Source: an uncultured Planktomarina sp. (GTDB lineage: Bacteria > Pseudomonadota > Alphaproteobacteria > Rhodobacterales > Rhodobacteraceae). From it: 64,000 bases of DNA. This document shows, piece by piece, positions 1 through 9,181 of the stretch; within the stretch, counting starts at the first letter, position 1, and each line of letters opens with the position of its first letter. The stretch lies in the NCBI RefSeq assembly GCF_905181815.1, contig NZ_CAJIZA010000005.1; one strand, written 5' to 3'. Below the pieces are notes generated by a model that did not search any database, was not told where the DNA came from, and worked only from the letters and a program-made list of their open reading frames with translations. The position numbers and the translations under genes are program-made.

Positions 1-85
1 CATAGCTTTCGACGCCGAGTCCTAGCATCAGATCCAGCAAAGCCACCCAGGGAAAATTTATCTGACAATTACGGCATTTTACCCC

Positions 86-114
86 TTGCAGGACAAAGCC
101 ACTGGGGCTATTTC
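86..114 (+). promoter_or_regulatory. candidate sigma70-type promoter for tRNA-Gly
   Basis: TTGCAG (86-91), a 17 nt spacer, then TATTTC (109-114), about 18 nt upstream of the tRNA 5' end. Motif match by eye only. Confidence 0.25.
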
Positions 115-131
115 AACCTAACCAAAAGGAT

Positions 132-206
132 GCGGGCGTAGCTCAGGGGTAGAGCATAACCTTGCCAAGGTTAGGGTCGAGAGTTCGAATCTCTTCGCCC
201 GCTCCA
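132..206 (+). tRNA. tRNA-Gly (anticodon GCC)
   Basis: Cloverleaf read by hand. Acceptor GCGGGCG/CGCCCGC, anticodon stem TAACC/GGTTA with loop TTGCCAA, T-loop TTCGAAT, encoded CCA. Confidence 0.95.
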
Positions 207-434
207 ATTGGCCAAAAACACCAACGCGCGACGCGGGTTTTTTATGCCTCATCGCAGGCGCCTTTCCCCAAATTATTTTGCATCACCTATGCCCCTCAAA
301 AGTGCATAAAATCCGCATACTGCCATTCTCGTTCTACACATAGCGGCAATGCGACCTTAAACGTTGTTGCACAGCAGCATATTCCGCTATTTCAGGGTCA
401 GCTAGAATTTCCTTCCAAAATCGAAGCATAAACT

Positions 435-461
435 GGCGGTACCTTTGGGTACCGCCTTTTG
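435..461 (+). terminator. rho-independent terminator with no annotated gene upstream
   Basis: Perfect 9-bp stem GGCGGTACC / GGTACCGCC with loop TTTG, followed by TTTTGTT. Confidence 0.6.
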
Positions 462-568
462 TTGCCAAAAATACCAGACCGCCCCCACCGATGCGGCACT
501 TGTCACGCTTACCCCTTCTCAACAGCCCGCAAGCGGATTATAAGGCCCCGGAACATAAAGGGTAGACC

Positions 569-1156
569 ATGCGCACAGTCCACATTTCCCGCGATACCGC
601 AGAGACCAAAATCTCAGTTGAGCTCAATCTCGATGGCAGCGGCCTCTATGACAATCAGACCGGCGTCGGCTTTTTCGATCACATGCTCGATCAACTGGCC
701 CGTCATGCTTTGATCGACATGACCTTGCGCTGCACCGGAGATTTGCACATTGATGACCATCATACGGTCGAAGATGTGGGCATCGCCTTGGGTCAGGCCT
801 TGGCCCAGGCTCTCGGCGACAAGCGCGGCATTCGGCGCTACGGCGATTGCCTGCTGGCTATGGATGACGCTTTGGTGCGCTGCGCGCTCGATCTCTCGGG
901 CCGTCCCTATTTGGTTTGGAACCTTGATCTGCCAACCCAAAAAATCGGCACTTTCGACACAGAATTGGTGCGTGAATTTTTTCAAGCCTTCTCCACCCAC
1001 GGCGGCATCACCCTGCATATCGATAAATTGCATGGCATCAATAGCCACCATATTGCGGAAGCGGCCTTTAAATCTGTCGCCCGCGCGCTTCGCAGTGCGC
1101 TGGAAACCGATCCACGCAAGTCTGATGCGATTCCCTCGACCAAAGGCAGCCTTTAA
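569..1156 (+). CDS. hisB: imidazoleglycerol-phosphate dehydratase
   Basis: 195 aa. [18 protein letters not shown] and [14 protein letters not shown] are typical HisB motifs. First gene of a his cluster. Confidence 0.95.
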   Translation: MRTVHISRDTAETKISVELNLDGSGLYDNQTGVGFFDHMLDQLARHALIDMTLRCTGDLHIDDHHTVEDVGIALGQALAQALGDKRGIRRYGDCLLAMDDALVRCALDLSGRPYLVWNLDLPTQKIGTFDTELVREFFQAFSTHGGITLHIDKLHGINSHHIAEAAFKSVARALRSALETDPRKSDAIPSTKGSL

Positions 1157-1160
1157 GGTC

Positions 1161-1799
1161 ATGCTGACAGCCTTAATCGATTATGAGAGCGGAAATTTGC
1201 ATTCAGCGCAAAAGGCCTTTGAGCGCATGGCGGCAGAATTGCCCAATGAAGAGGTGATTGTCACCTCCGATCCTGAGAAGCTGCGCCGTGCGGACCGGCT
1301 GGTCTTGCCCGGTGATGGCGCCTTTCCCGCCTGCAAAGCGGCCTTGGTGGAAAAAACTGGCCTCTATGAAGCCCTGCTAGAAGCGGTGGAAATAGATGCC
1401 AAACCTTTTTTGGGTATTTGTGTCGGCATGCAGATGATGGCGAGCTTTGGCCATGAATATCAAACCACCCCGGGCTTAGATTGGATCGCGGGAGATATCC
1501 GGCCAATTGCTCCGACCGATCCAAGGCTGAAAGTGCCACATATGGGCTGGAACGATCTGGTGATCACGGGGGCGCACCCAGTGCTGGAGGGGCTAAAAAA
1601 TGGCGATCACGCTTATTTTGTGCACTCCTATCATTTTGTCCTCAAAGACAAGGCGCAGAGATTGGCACATGTGGAGTATGACGATGAAATCTCTGCGATT
1701 GTCAGCGCCGGCACGCGCATCGGCATGCAGTTTCATCCTGAAAAAAGCCAAAGCACTGGGCTGCACCTGATCTCAAATTTTCTCAATTGGCGGCCCTAG
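1161..1799 (+). CDS. hisH: imidazole glycerol phosphate synthase, glutamine amidotransferase subunit
   Basis: Internal ATG of ORF 750..1799, 5 nt after the hisB stop. Contains FLGICVGMQ (catalytic Cys) and QFHPEKS. Confidence 0.93.
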   Translation: MLTALIDYESGNLHSAQKAFERMAAELPNEEVIVTSDPEKLRRADRLVLPGDGAFPACKAALVEKTGLYEALLEAVEIDAKPFLGICVGMQMMASFGHEYQTTPGLDWIAGDIRPIAPTDPRLKVPHMGWNDLVITGAHPVLEGLKNGDHAYFVHSYHFVLKDKAQRLAHVEYDDEISAIVSAGTRIGMQFHPEKSQSTGLHLISNFLNWRP

Positions 1800-1828
1800 C
1801 AGCCAGACTTTACGTAAGGCGAGACCCT

Positions 1829-2545
1829 ATGATCCTTTATCCCGCAATTGACCTAAAAGACGGCCAAGCCGTGCGCCTTTACAAGGGCGAAATGGACCAG
1901 GCGACTGTGTTCAACGACAGCCCCGCTGATCAAGCTCTGGCCTTTGAACAGGCCGGCTGTAGCTGGATCCATCTGGTGGATCTCAATGGTGCCTTTGCCG
2001 GCACGCCTGTGAACGATGCCAGTGTGCGCGATATTCTCTCAACGGTCTCTGTACCCTGCCAACTGGGCGGCGGAATTCGCGATATGGCAACGATTGCAAC
2101 CTGGATTGATCTTGGGTTGTCACGGGTCATCCTCGGCACGGTGGCCGTTGAGGATCCCACTTTGGTGCGCGAAGCAGCGAAGGCTTTTCCAGGGAAAATT
2201 GCCGTGGGGCTCGATGCCCGCGACGGTTGCGTGGCGACCCGTGGCTGGGCCACTGAAACCGATATTATGGTGACAGATTTGGCCAAGCAGTTTGAACAAG
2301 ACGGCATTGCCGCGATTATCTATACAGATATCAACCGCGATGGCGCCATGGGCGGGCCAAATATCGCCGCCACCAAAGCCTTGGCGCGCGCCGTATCCAT
2401 TCCAGTGATTGCCTCAGGCGGGGTTTCCAGCCTGCAAGATTTATGCGCATTGAAGGCAACGGGCGTGATCTCCGGAGCCATTTCAGGGCGAGCCCTCTAT
2501 GATGGGGCGATTGATTTGCCGGAAGCTTTGGCGGCGCTGGCATGA
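1829..2545 (+). CDS. hisA: ProFAR isomerase (1-(5-phosphoribosyl)-5-[(5-phosphoribosylamino)methylideneamino]imidazole-4-carboxamide isomerase)
   Basis: [18 protein letters not shown]-terminus and a (beta/alpha)8 HisA/HisF-type sequence. Lies between hisH and hisF. Confidence 0.93.
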   Translation: MILYPAIDLKDGQAVRLYKGEMDQATVFNDSPADQALAFEQAGCSWIHLVDLNGAFAGTPVNDASVRDILSTVSVPCQLGGGIRDMATIATWIDLGLSRVILGTVAVEDPTLVREAAKAFPGKIAVGLDARDGCVATRGWATETDIMVTDLAKQFEQDGIAAIIYTDINRDGAMGGPNIAATKALARAVSIPVIASGGVSSLQDLCALKATGVISGAISGRALYDGAIDLPEALAALA

Positions 2546-2573
2546 CCCGCAACGCGCGCGCAGGAGACAGATC

Positions 2574-3335
2574 ATGCTAAAAACTCGGATCATACCTTGC
2601 TTGGATGTGGCCGAAGGCCGCGTGGTGAAAGGGGTTAATTTCGTCGATTTGGTGGACGCAGGCGACCCCGTAGAGGCAGCGCGGGCCTATGATGCGGCAG
2701 GGGCCGATGAGTTATGCTTTCTGGATATCAAAGCCACCCATGAAAATCGTAGTACGCTGTTTGATCTGGCCCGGCGCACAGCCGAGCAATGCTTCATGCC
2801 ACTGACCGTTGGCGGCGGCGTGCGCAACCCGGCGGATGTGCGTAACCTACTGCTGGCGGGCGCAGATAAAGTCAGCTTTAATTCTGCTGCCGTAGCAGAT
2901 CCCGATGTCATTGCCCAATCAGCCAATCATTTTGGTAGCCAATGTATTGTTGTGGCCATTGACGCCAAGACCGTCGCTCCTGGCAAATGGGAAATTTTCA
3001 CCCACGGCGGGCGGCGCGCCACTGGGATTGACGCGATAGACTTTGCCCTTACAGTGGTCTCCAAGGGCGCCGGTGAAATATTGCTCACCTCAATGGATCG
3101 CGACGGCACGCGCGTGGGCTTCAACCTGCCCCTAACTCGCGCTATAGCTGACGCGGTATCGGTGCCTGTGATCGCCTCCGGGGGCGTAGGCAGTTTAGAT
3201 CACCTCGTCGAAGGGGTCACCCAAGGGGGCGCGAGCGCGGTTTTAGCAGCCTCTATTTTCCATTTTGGAGATTTTACCATTCAAGAGGCCAAAGCCCATA
3301 TGGCCGCAGCCGGAATTCCAATGAGGATGTCATGA
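2574..3335 (+). CDS. hisF: imidazole glycerol phosphate synthase, cyclase subunit
   Basis: [21 protein letters not shown] and SGGVGSLDH motifs. Start chosen at an internal ATG of ORF 2499..3335. Confidence 0.95.
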   Translation: MLKTRIIPCLDVAEGRVVKGVNFVDLVDAGDPVEAARAYDAAGADELCFLDIKATHENRSTLFDLARRTAEQCFMPLTVGGGVRNPADVRNLLLAGADKVSFNSAAVADPDVIAQSANHFGSQCIVVAIDAKTVAPGKWEIFTHGGRRATGIDAIDFALTVVSKGAGEILLTSMDRDGTRVGFNLPLTRAIADAVSVPVIASGGVGSLDHLVEGVTQGGASAVLAASIFHFGDFTIQEAKAHMAAAGIPMRMS

Positions 3336-3637
3336 TATTACACGAGCTGGAACGGACCATCTTTGCGCGCAAATCTGCAGACCCCAGCAGCAGCTGGACT
3401 GCGCAACTCTTATCAAAGGGTCCGGATAAATGTGCCGAAAAATTTGGTGAAGAAGCTGTTGAAGCGCTGATTGAGGCGGTCAAAGGCGATCATGCAGCGC
3501 TCACATGCGAGGCTGCCGATGTTCTTTATCACCTCCTAGTGATGCTGGCCTCTCGAGATGTCGCCTTGGACGATGTTTTTGCAGAGCTGTCCCGCCGCAC
3601 AGCCCAGTCCGGCCTTGAAGAAAAAGCCTATCGCTAG
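3332..3637 (+). CDS. hisE: phosphoribosyl-ATP pyrophosphohydrolase
   Basis: 101 aa. ATGA overlap with the hisF stop. [15 protein letters not shown]...ADVLYHLLV is typical HisE. Confidence 0.9.
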   Translation: MILHELERTIFARKSADPSSSWTAQLLSKGPDKCAEKFGEEAVEALIEAVKGDHAALTCEAADVLYHLLVMLASRDVALDDVFAELSRRTAQSGLEEKAYR

Positions 3638-3648
3638 GCCAGTTAGCG

Positions 3649-4425
3649 TTACTGACGGGTTACCGCATAAAGGCCAACGGCCGCGGCATTGGAGACGTTG
3701 AGAGAGCCAAATTCTCCCGCCGCTGAAATTTTTACGAGAGCATCACAAGTGTCCTTCGTGCGTTCCCGCAAGCCCGGCCCTTCGGCCCCTAGCACGAGCG
3801 CTGTTGGACCTTTGTGATGGCCCAATGTGGCCTCCAATGTCACTTCGGCTTCCCCGTCCAATCCAAAGATGAAATAGCCCATCGTCTTGAGCCACTTCAT
3901 GGTATCCGCAAGATTTTGCACCCGGAGATAGGGCTGCCGCTCCAATGCGCCGCTCGCTGTTTTGGCCAAAGCTCCAGTTTCTGGCGCGGAATGGCGATAC
4001 GGCGCGATGACAGCAGCAGCGCCAAAGACCTCAGCGGAGCGCAAAATCGCACCCACGTTGTGAGGATCTGTCACCCGATCAAGCAGTAAGATCACAGGCG
4101 CCCCGCCGGGCCGTACCGCCGCCACCTCTTTCAAAGGCCCCCAATCCAGAGTTTTGACTTCTAAAGCGGCCCCTTGATGCACTGACTGTGGATCAATCGG
4201 TACCGAAAATTTGCGAGGATCTACAATCTCCGGCTCCAACCCCGCCTCTGCGATGGCCTCACCGAGACGGTCACAGGCGTTTTTTGTCACAAGCAGGCGC
4301 AGCTTGATCCTTTTTGGGTTCAATAGCGCGTCTCGCACCGCATGAATGCCAAAAAGCCAAATGGTTTCCGCAGCAGCCGCGCGTTTGTCTCGTTCTTTTT
4401 GAACAATCCATGTGGGTTTTTTCAT
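3649..4425 (-). CDS. rlmB: TrmH/SpoU-family 23S rRNA (guanosine-2'-O)-methyltransferase
   Basis: SpoU motifs LLLDRVTDPHNVGAILRSAEVFG, LVLGAEGPGLR and SLNVSNAAAV. Start taken at MKKPTW (internal ATG of ORF 3649..4554). Confidence 0.8.
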   Translation of the reverse strand: MKKPTWIVQKERDKRAAAAETIWLFGIHAVRDALLNPKRIKLRLLVTKNACDRLGEAIAEAGLEPEIVDPRKFSVPIDPQSVHQGAALEVKTLDWGPLKEVAAVRPGGAPVILLLDRVTDPHNVGAILRSAEVFGAAAVIAPYRHSAPETGALAKTASGALERQPYLRVQNLADTMKWLKTMGYFIFGLDGEAEVTLEATLGHHKGPTALVLGAEGPGLRERTKDTCDALVKISAAGEFGSLNVSNAAAVGLYAVTRQ

Positions 4426-4659
4426 GTGTCTTCCGATCCTAGCCGCTGGGGCCTTATGCAGCGGTGGCTCGGCAAAGCGCAAGTGAAATTCTATTGTATT
4501 TTCAGTTAATATTGTATCACCAACAGCCTGCCGCTCTTCGCGCGCTCGGGACACTGGCTATACATATTGTCTCAATAATAACTGGAAATGCGGTAGTACG
4601 GCGACCTCGCAAACCGTGGTCATAGAGATATCAGATAGGACTGTCTAAGCTTTCGAGAT

Positions 4660-5335
4660 TTACGGTTCACGGCCTGACCTACCCGCCAAAGTGTCCAGCG
4701 ATAGTTCGCCATAAATACGGCAATAAACCCCACGCATAAACGCAATAAACCCAGCGCCAGGTTCCGTTTTAAACATAATGGTCAACACCATCGGAACAAT
4801 GGCCAGTGGCAAAATAATAAGTGTGCCCAATGGGTTGTTCAGGATCTTTTTGGCGCAGCATCGACAGCAACATATCGGTAACAAGCCGAAGAAAGATCAA
4901 CAGGAGGGCCAGCGGCGAAATTTCCGAGTGTCGGTTAATAAGGAGAAGTGCAATCCAGGCCAAAACATGCCCAAAAGTATAAGCTCCAGCGTCACCAAGA
5001 AATATCCTCCCCAACGGAAAATTCCAAATAAAATTCCGATTAAAGCACCGATGATAAGGAAGTAACAGCAGTCTAAACACCGCCATGTCGTTCACGTTAA
5101 AAGCAATAATGGCCATAAAGACCACAGCATAGATAGCCCAGCAGATGGACAATCCATTCAACCCATCAATTAAGTTGACCGCATGGCATATTCCGCCGCT
5201 GACAATGATGGTGATGATGAGGACCGAGATAAGGCTAATGCTTGTCAGCAATCTAAAACCCAGAAAATCTACATAAGCGACCTAATAGCCAAATAGTATC
5301 CCAGCCAAAGTGGTTGAAACTTAATATGTCAATAA
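4660..5335 (-). pseudogene. remnant of a glycosyltransferase family 4 (WecA/MraY-like polyprenyl-phosphate sugar-phosphate transferase) gene
   Basis: ORF 4769..5251 carries NLIDGLNGL and FLGDAGAYTFG motifs. The C-terminal membrane part continues in another frame (ORF 4660..4884). An in-frame TAG lies upstream of the ORF and no N-terminal domain is present. Confidence 0.65.
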
Positions 5336-5708
5336 CCGCTGAGTAGGTTTCATGTCGAAGCTAATGTCCTCGCCCAGCCCGCGCCGCGCCGAAAAAATCA
5401 AAAGCGTCCAGGCTAAGTGTGGATCACTCAAATTACTCCCTATGCGATACAAATCTAGACACCGAATCAACGACTGAAGCTCAGCTAGGTAATTTTCAAT
5501 GAATTACCATGGTACAGGGACCACTAACCTGTCTAATAGAGCAAGTCCCCAGCGGCCCACACCTCAAAATTCGATTCAGGAATGCTACGCCGAAAGCGGG
5601 TTTACAGCTTATTCCCGCTTCACTCTGTCAAAGGCAATTTTCGGGTTGACGCGCGATTTTCTAAGTCGTAGTCGTGCCCAAACCGAGGCGATTGCTTCAG
5701 TTTAAAGT

Positions 5709-5792
5709 GGGCGACAGGCCGCAAGGTGTGGCAGGGGACTGTAACTCCCTCGCGGAGACGCACGCCTGGTTCGATTCCAGGGTCGCCCACCA
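5709..5792 (+). tRNA. tRNA-Tyr (anticodon GTA), long variable arm
   Basis: Acceptor GGGCGAC/GTCGCCC, anticodon stem GGGGA/TCCCT with loop CTGTAAC, T-arm CCTGG-TTCGATT-CCAGG, encoded CCA. Confidence 0.9.
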
Positions 5793-5860
5793 CTTTAACA
5801 CCGCAAATTTACATATATGCCAAGAGTTTCACCAAGGTAACCGGTGAAACTCCCCACAGG

Positions 5861-7513
5861 TTAACGCTGCGCGTTTTTGTGATTTGGGCTCTTCCACACC
5901 CGCAGGTCCATGGGTGCAAGGGGGGCAAGCCCGAGGATGGCATCACTGAGCTTTTCCGCCAGCATAATCGTGGGCGCATTGGTGTTTCCATTGGTCACAA
6001 AGGGCATAATTGAGGCATCCACAACCCGCATCCCAGACAGTCCGTGCACCTTGCCTTCTGAGTCCACCACGGCCAGTCGGTCCGTCGCTGGCCCCATGCG
6101 GGCCGTGCACGACAAATGCCATTGTGAGCTGGTGTGGCTGTTTAACATAGCATCAAGATCTGCCTCTGATTGACACTCCGCACCAGGGAAAATCTCAGCA
6201 CCTTTGAGAGCAGAAAACACAGGTTGTTCCACCAATTCGCGCACCAAGTGAATGCCTTTTCGCATCAATTCGCGATCCCTCGGATCTTGAAGATAATTGG
6301 CCAAAATACGCGGTGCATCAGCCGGATTATCCGATCTCAATTCAATCGAGCCGCGGCTGTGCGCCCGCATCAAGCCCACATGGATTTGGAAGGCATGCTC
6401 GTTCAAAGGAGACCAATTTTCATTCACAGCAATTGGAGAAATAGTGAGCTGGAGGTCAGGATATTCCACACCGGCACCCGACCGAATGCACGCAACAGCG
6501 TCAAAATGATTCGATGCACAAAGCCCGTCACCCGCGACCAGCCAGCGAATTCCCGCCGCGACCATGGCCCAAGGTTTCGTCTTTGGCCACAGGGAGACAG
6601 GTTGCAGGCATTTAAATTGCAACACAAAATCTGGATGGTCATGTAGGTTTTGACCCACCCCCGGCAGATCCACCTTCACCCCAATGCCCATAGCCTCCAA
6701 ATGGGATTTGGGCCCAACACCAGAAAGCAACAATAGATGCGGCGAGCCTACGGCACCTGCAGAAAGAAGAACTTCTTGCCGCGCCGTCGCGTTCACAAGC
6801 GCGCCATGTCGATCACGATACAAGACACCGGTCACCCGATCACCCGACAGACTCAAGCGATGCACCAAGGCCCGCGTTACAATCGTCAGGTTTTCACGCC
6901 CTCGCACAGGATCCAAGTAAGCGCGCGAGGCGCTCCAACGCTGGCCTTTGAAAACTGTTCGGTCAAAAACACCAAAGCCTTCTTGGCAATAGCCGCTGAT
7001 ATCATCGGTTGTTTGATACCCCGCTTGTGCGCCTGCTTCCAAGAACGCGCGAGCCAGGGGTTCAGTTGGTTCAGCCCTTTGGACATGCAGCGGACCCTCT
7101 GTGCCGCGAAATTCATCAGCACCACCGCTATAGCTCTCCATGCGTTTAAAATAGGGCAGCACATCGGCGTAGCTCCACCCCTTACAACCGGCTTGGCGCC
7201 ACCCCTCATAATCCAGCGCATTGCCACGGATAAAACACATGCCATTGATCGAAGAGGACCCCCCAAGAGTTTTGCCCCGATCATGCTGAAGCTGGCGACC
7301 ATCCAGTTCCGGTTCCGCTTCCCCTTGAAAAGCCCAATTATGTTTAGTGCTCTTTAGATTGGACAAACAGGCTGCCGGGATTTTTATGGAGAGTGCCTTA
7401 TCTTCCGGCCCGGCCTCCAGCAGGAGCACTCGGTTGCCTGGATCATGGCTCAAGCGGTTCGCCAAAACACAGCCCGCCGACCCAGCCCCGACGATAATAT
7501 AATCAAATTCCAT
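5861..7513 (-). CDS. GMC-family FAD oxidoreductase (choline dehydrogenase-like)
   Basis: DYIIVGAGSAGCVLANRLS Rossmann motif, GGSSSINGM, and a C-terminal GMC signature. Start at MEFDYII. Confidence 0.9.
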   Translation of the reverse strand: MEFDYIIVGAGSAGCVLANRLSHDPGNRVLLLEAGPEDKALSIKIPAACLSNLKSTKHNWAFQGEAEPELDGRQLQHDRGKTLGGSSSINGMCFIRGNALDYEGWRQAGCKGWSYADVLPYFKRMESYSGGADEFRGTEGPLHVQRAEPTEPLARAFLEAGAQAGYQTTDDISGYCQEGFGVFDRTVFKGQRWSASRAYLDPVRGRENLTIVTRALVHRLSLSGDRVTGVLYRDRHGALVNATARQEVLLSAGAVGSPHLLLLSGVGPKSHLEAMGIGVKVDLPGVGQNLHDHPDFVLQFKCLQPVSLWPKTKPWAMVAAGIRWLVAGDGLCASNHFDAVACIRSGAGVEYPDLQLTISPIAVNENWSPLNEHAFQIHVGLMRAHSRGSIELRSDNPADAPRILANYLQDPRDRELMRKGIHLVRELVEQPVFSALKGAEIFPGAECQSEADLDAMLNSHTSSQWHLSCTARMGPATDRLAVVDSEGKVHGLSGMRVVDASIMPFVTNGNTNAPTIMLAEKLSDAILGLAPLAPMDLRVWKSPNHKNAQR

Positions 7514-7750
7514 GACACGCGCGCCCAAACAATTCCTCCAACCGGCCCATATCCCATGCTGCCGCAACTAGGCACATTCAGCAATTAAAAACACGGGTGT
7601 CATTGGAAAATATTTTTATCGCAGCCTGCACTTGGTTTTCAGTGGCATATTTCACCGATTTTCTGTAACCGCCTTCTGAAAATAGTATTTCTTTTTTGGT
7701 GCATACAATTTTTCATATTAATTTATTGCCAAATAGGACATCCTCGCTCT

Positions 7751-8740
7751 ATGGCGTTTAATATTTTATTCATCCGCCAAGTAGTCCGTTTGCAATATGG
7801 GGCCATAATGTTTTTGGCCAGTTTACGCCAATCCGCACCAAATTTTAACGGCCAGGTCTGCGTCGCAGAACCGCAACCTACTAAGCGATGGGATTAGAAC
7901 ATCGCAATCACCGAGCCTGAGATTTATGAGTTGATCAAGACTTTGGTTGAAAAGATTACAATTTTTGAGAATAGTCACTTCGGAGAATACTACCCATACG
8001 GTAATAAAATAGAGGCGCGCTCTGTCTTACCCGAGGGCGAGCCTTTCCTCTTTTTTGACACGGACACATTGATCACAGGAGCCTTGGACAGGGTGCCTTT
8101 TGACTTCAAGCGCCCCTCTGCCTCGCTCTAAGTTGAAGGTACATGGCCAGTGATCGAACTTTACGGCTTCGGATATAAAGCCACTTGGAAGACCTATACG
8201 ATAGATCTTAGCTCGATTTCGAAAGCAGATTGGATTGCTCGTAACCGTATGAATATTGGCGGCTTTACCTGTATTTAAACGCCGGGTATTTCTATTGTAA
8301 ATATCCCAAAATTTTTGGTGATAGGTTTTTAAACTATTCCCTAACCATACTCGACGATGGGCCGAGGGAGATTATCTGCCAACCGCTAAACCCATGGCTC
8401 GATCAAGTCACCCTGCCCTTGGTCATCCACAGTTTCGGTAGTGGCCGTGATGTGCTCGAGGCCGGCCACATAGATGGGGCCGTCCTAGCACTATCGCCTT
8501 TTGCATTTACTCTGTGCGCGCGATAGTGATCTGGCGATCGAAACCTTGGAGACGGCCATCGCACCCAACCAGATCAACAAAGTCATCAAGGCCTAGGAGC
8601 CCGTCCGCCGAATGGTTTACCAAAAACGCGGTTCGAAGGTGCGCGCGCTGTTTGATCAAAATAATCTGCTACGCAAAGAGCAACCGATCCAAAACACAAT
8701 CAAACAGGCCTGGTTTTGGTTGCGTCGATGTGCGGCTTTA
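7751..8740 (+). pseudogene. decayed gene of unknown function (nucleotide-sugar transferase-like)
   Basis: A coherent protein-like translation (…FLFFDTDTLITGAL…, YLNAGYFY…, NPWLDQVTLPLVIHSFGSGR…) can only be followed by crossing several in-frame stops and at least two frame changes. Confidence 0.55.
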
Positions 8741-8977
8741 GTGGCTAGCGAAAACCATTCCAAAATGCGGCATAGGCACCAAATGTTCCCCAATATAGCC
8801 TGTATTTTCAGTTTTCATCACCAGCCCCAGGTGGAACGAAAGCTGATGACCAAAGAAATCAAAATCCACCCAAGTGCGCGTTCTGCGCCCCTCCTTTGCT
8901 CCCGAAACTTCGCCATAAAAGACGCGCTCGGCCTCCAAATCTGTCACATTAATTACAAGATGAGAGGGGGTAAGCAT
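8738..8977 (-). pseudogene. C-terminally truncated glyoxalase/VOC-family fragment
   Basis: MLTPSHLVINVTDLEAERVFYGEV…WVDFDFFGHQLSFHLG…VPMPHFGMVF stops at about 80 aa, where the family normally continues. It abuts the decayed gene to the left. Confidence 0.5.
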
Positions 8978-9181
8978 GGACGCTTTCCAAAAATTAATAA
9001 CCATTTTAGAACCACTGGCAATAAATTGCTGAGCCCTGCGCGATTATTGGCTTGTTCTCCCGCTTAAATCAATTCGCAGGGCGTAAATTCATCCTTTTGG
9101 CGCATGATCATTGCACCACAGACCCGATTATGCGAGTTTTTCAAGGTCTAACATGGATCTGACACATCGATTGAGGATTTG

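Noticed and set aside
162-431. 89-aa ORF on the plus strand
   Set aside because: It starts inside tRNA-Gly. It has no RBS, and its composition looks like non-coding DNA.
614-1162. Long antisense ORFs opposite real genes (for example 614..1162 opposite hisB, 12569..13045 opposite cobS, 23646..24377 opposite rpoH, 36869..37498 opposite suhB)
   Set aside because: These are shadow ORFs, typical of moderately GC-rich DNA. In every case the opposite strand encodes a clearly recognisable protein.
4555-4660. Possible tRNA between rlmB and the glycosyltransferase remnant
   Set aside because: No T-loop (GTTCRANYC) or acceptor pairing could be found on either strand.
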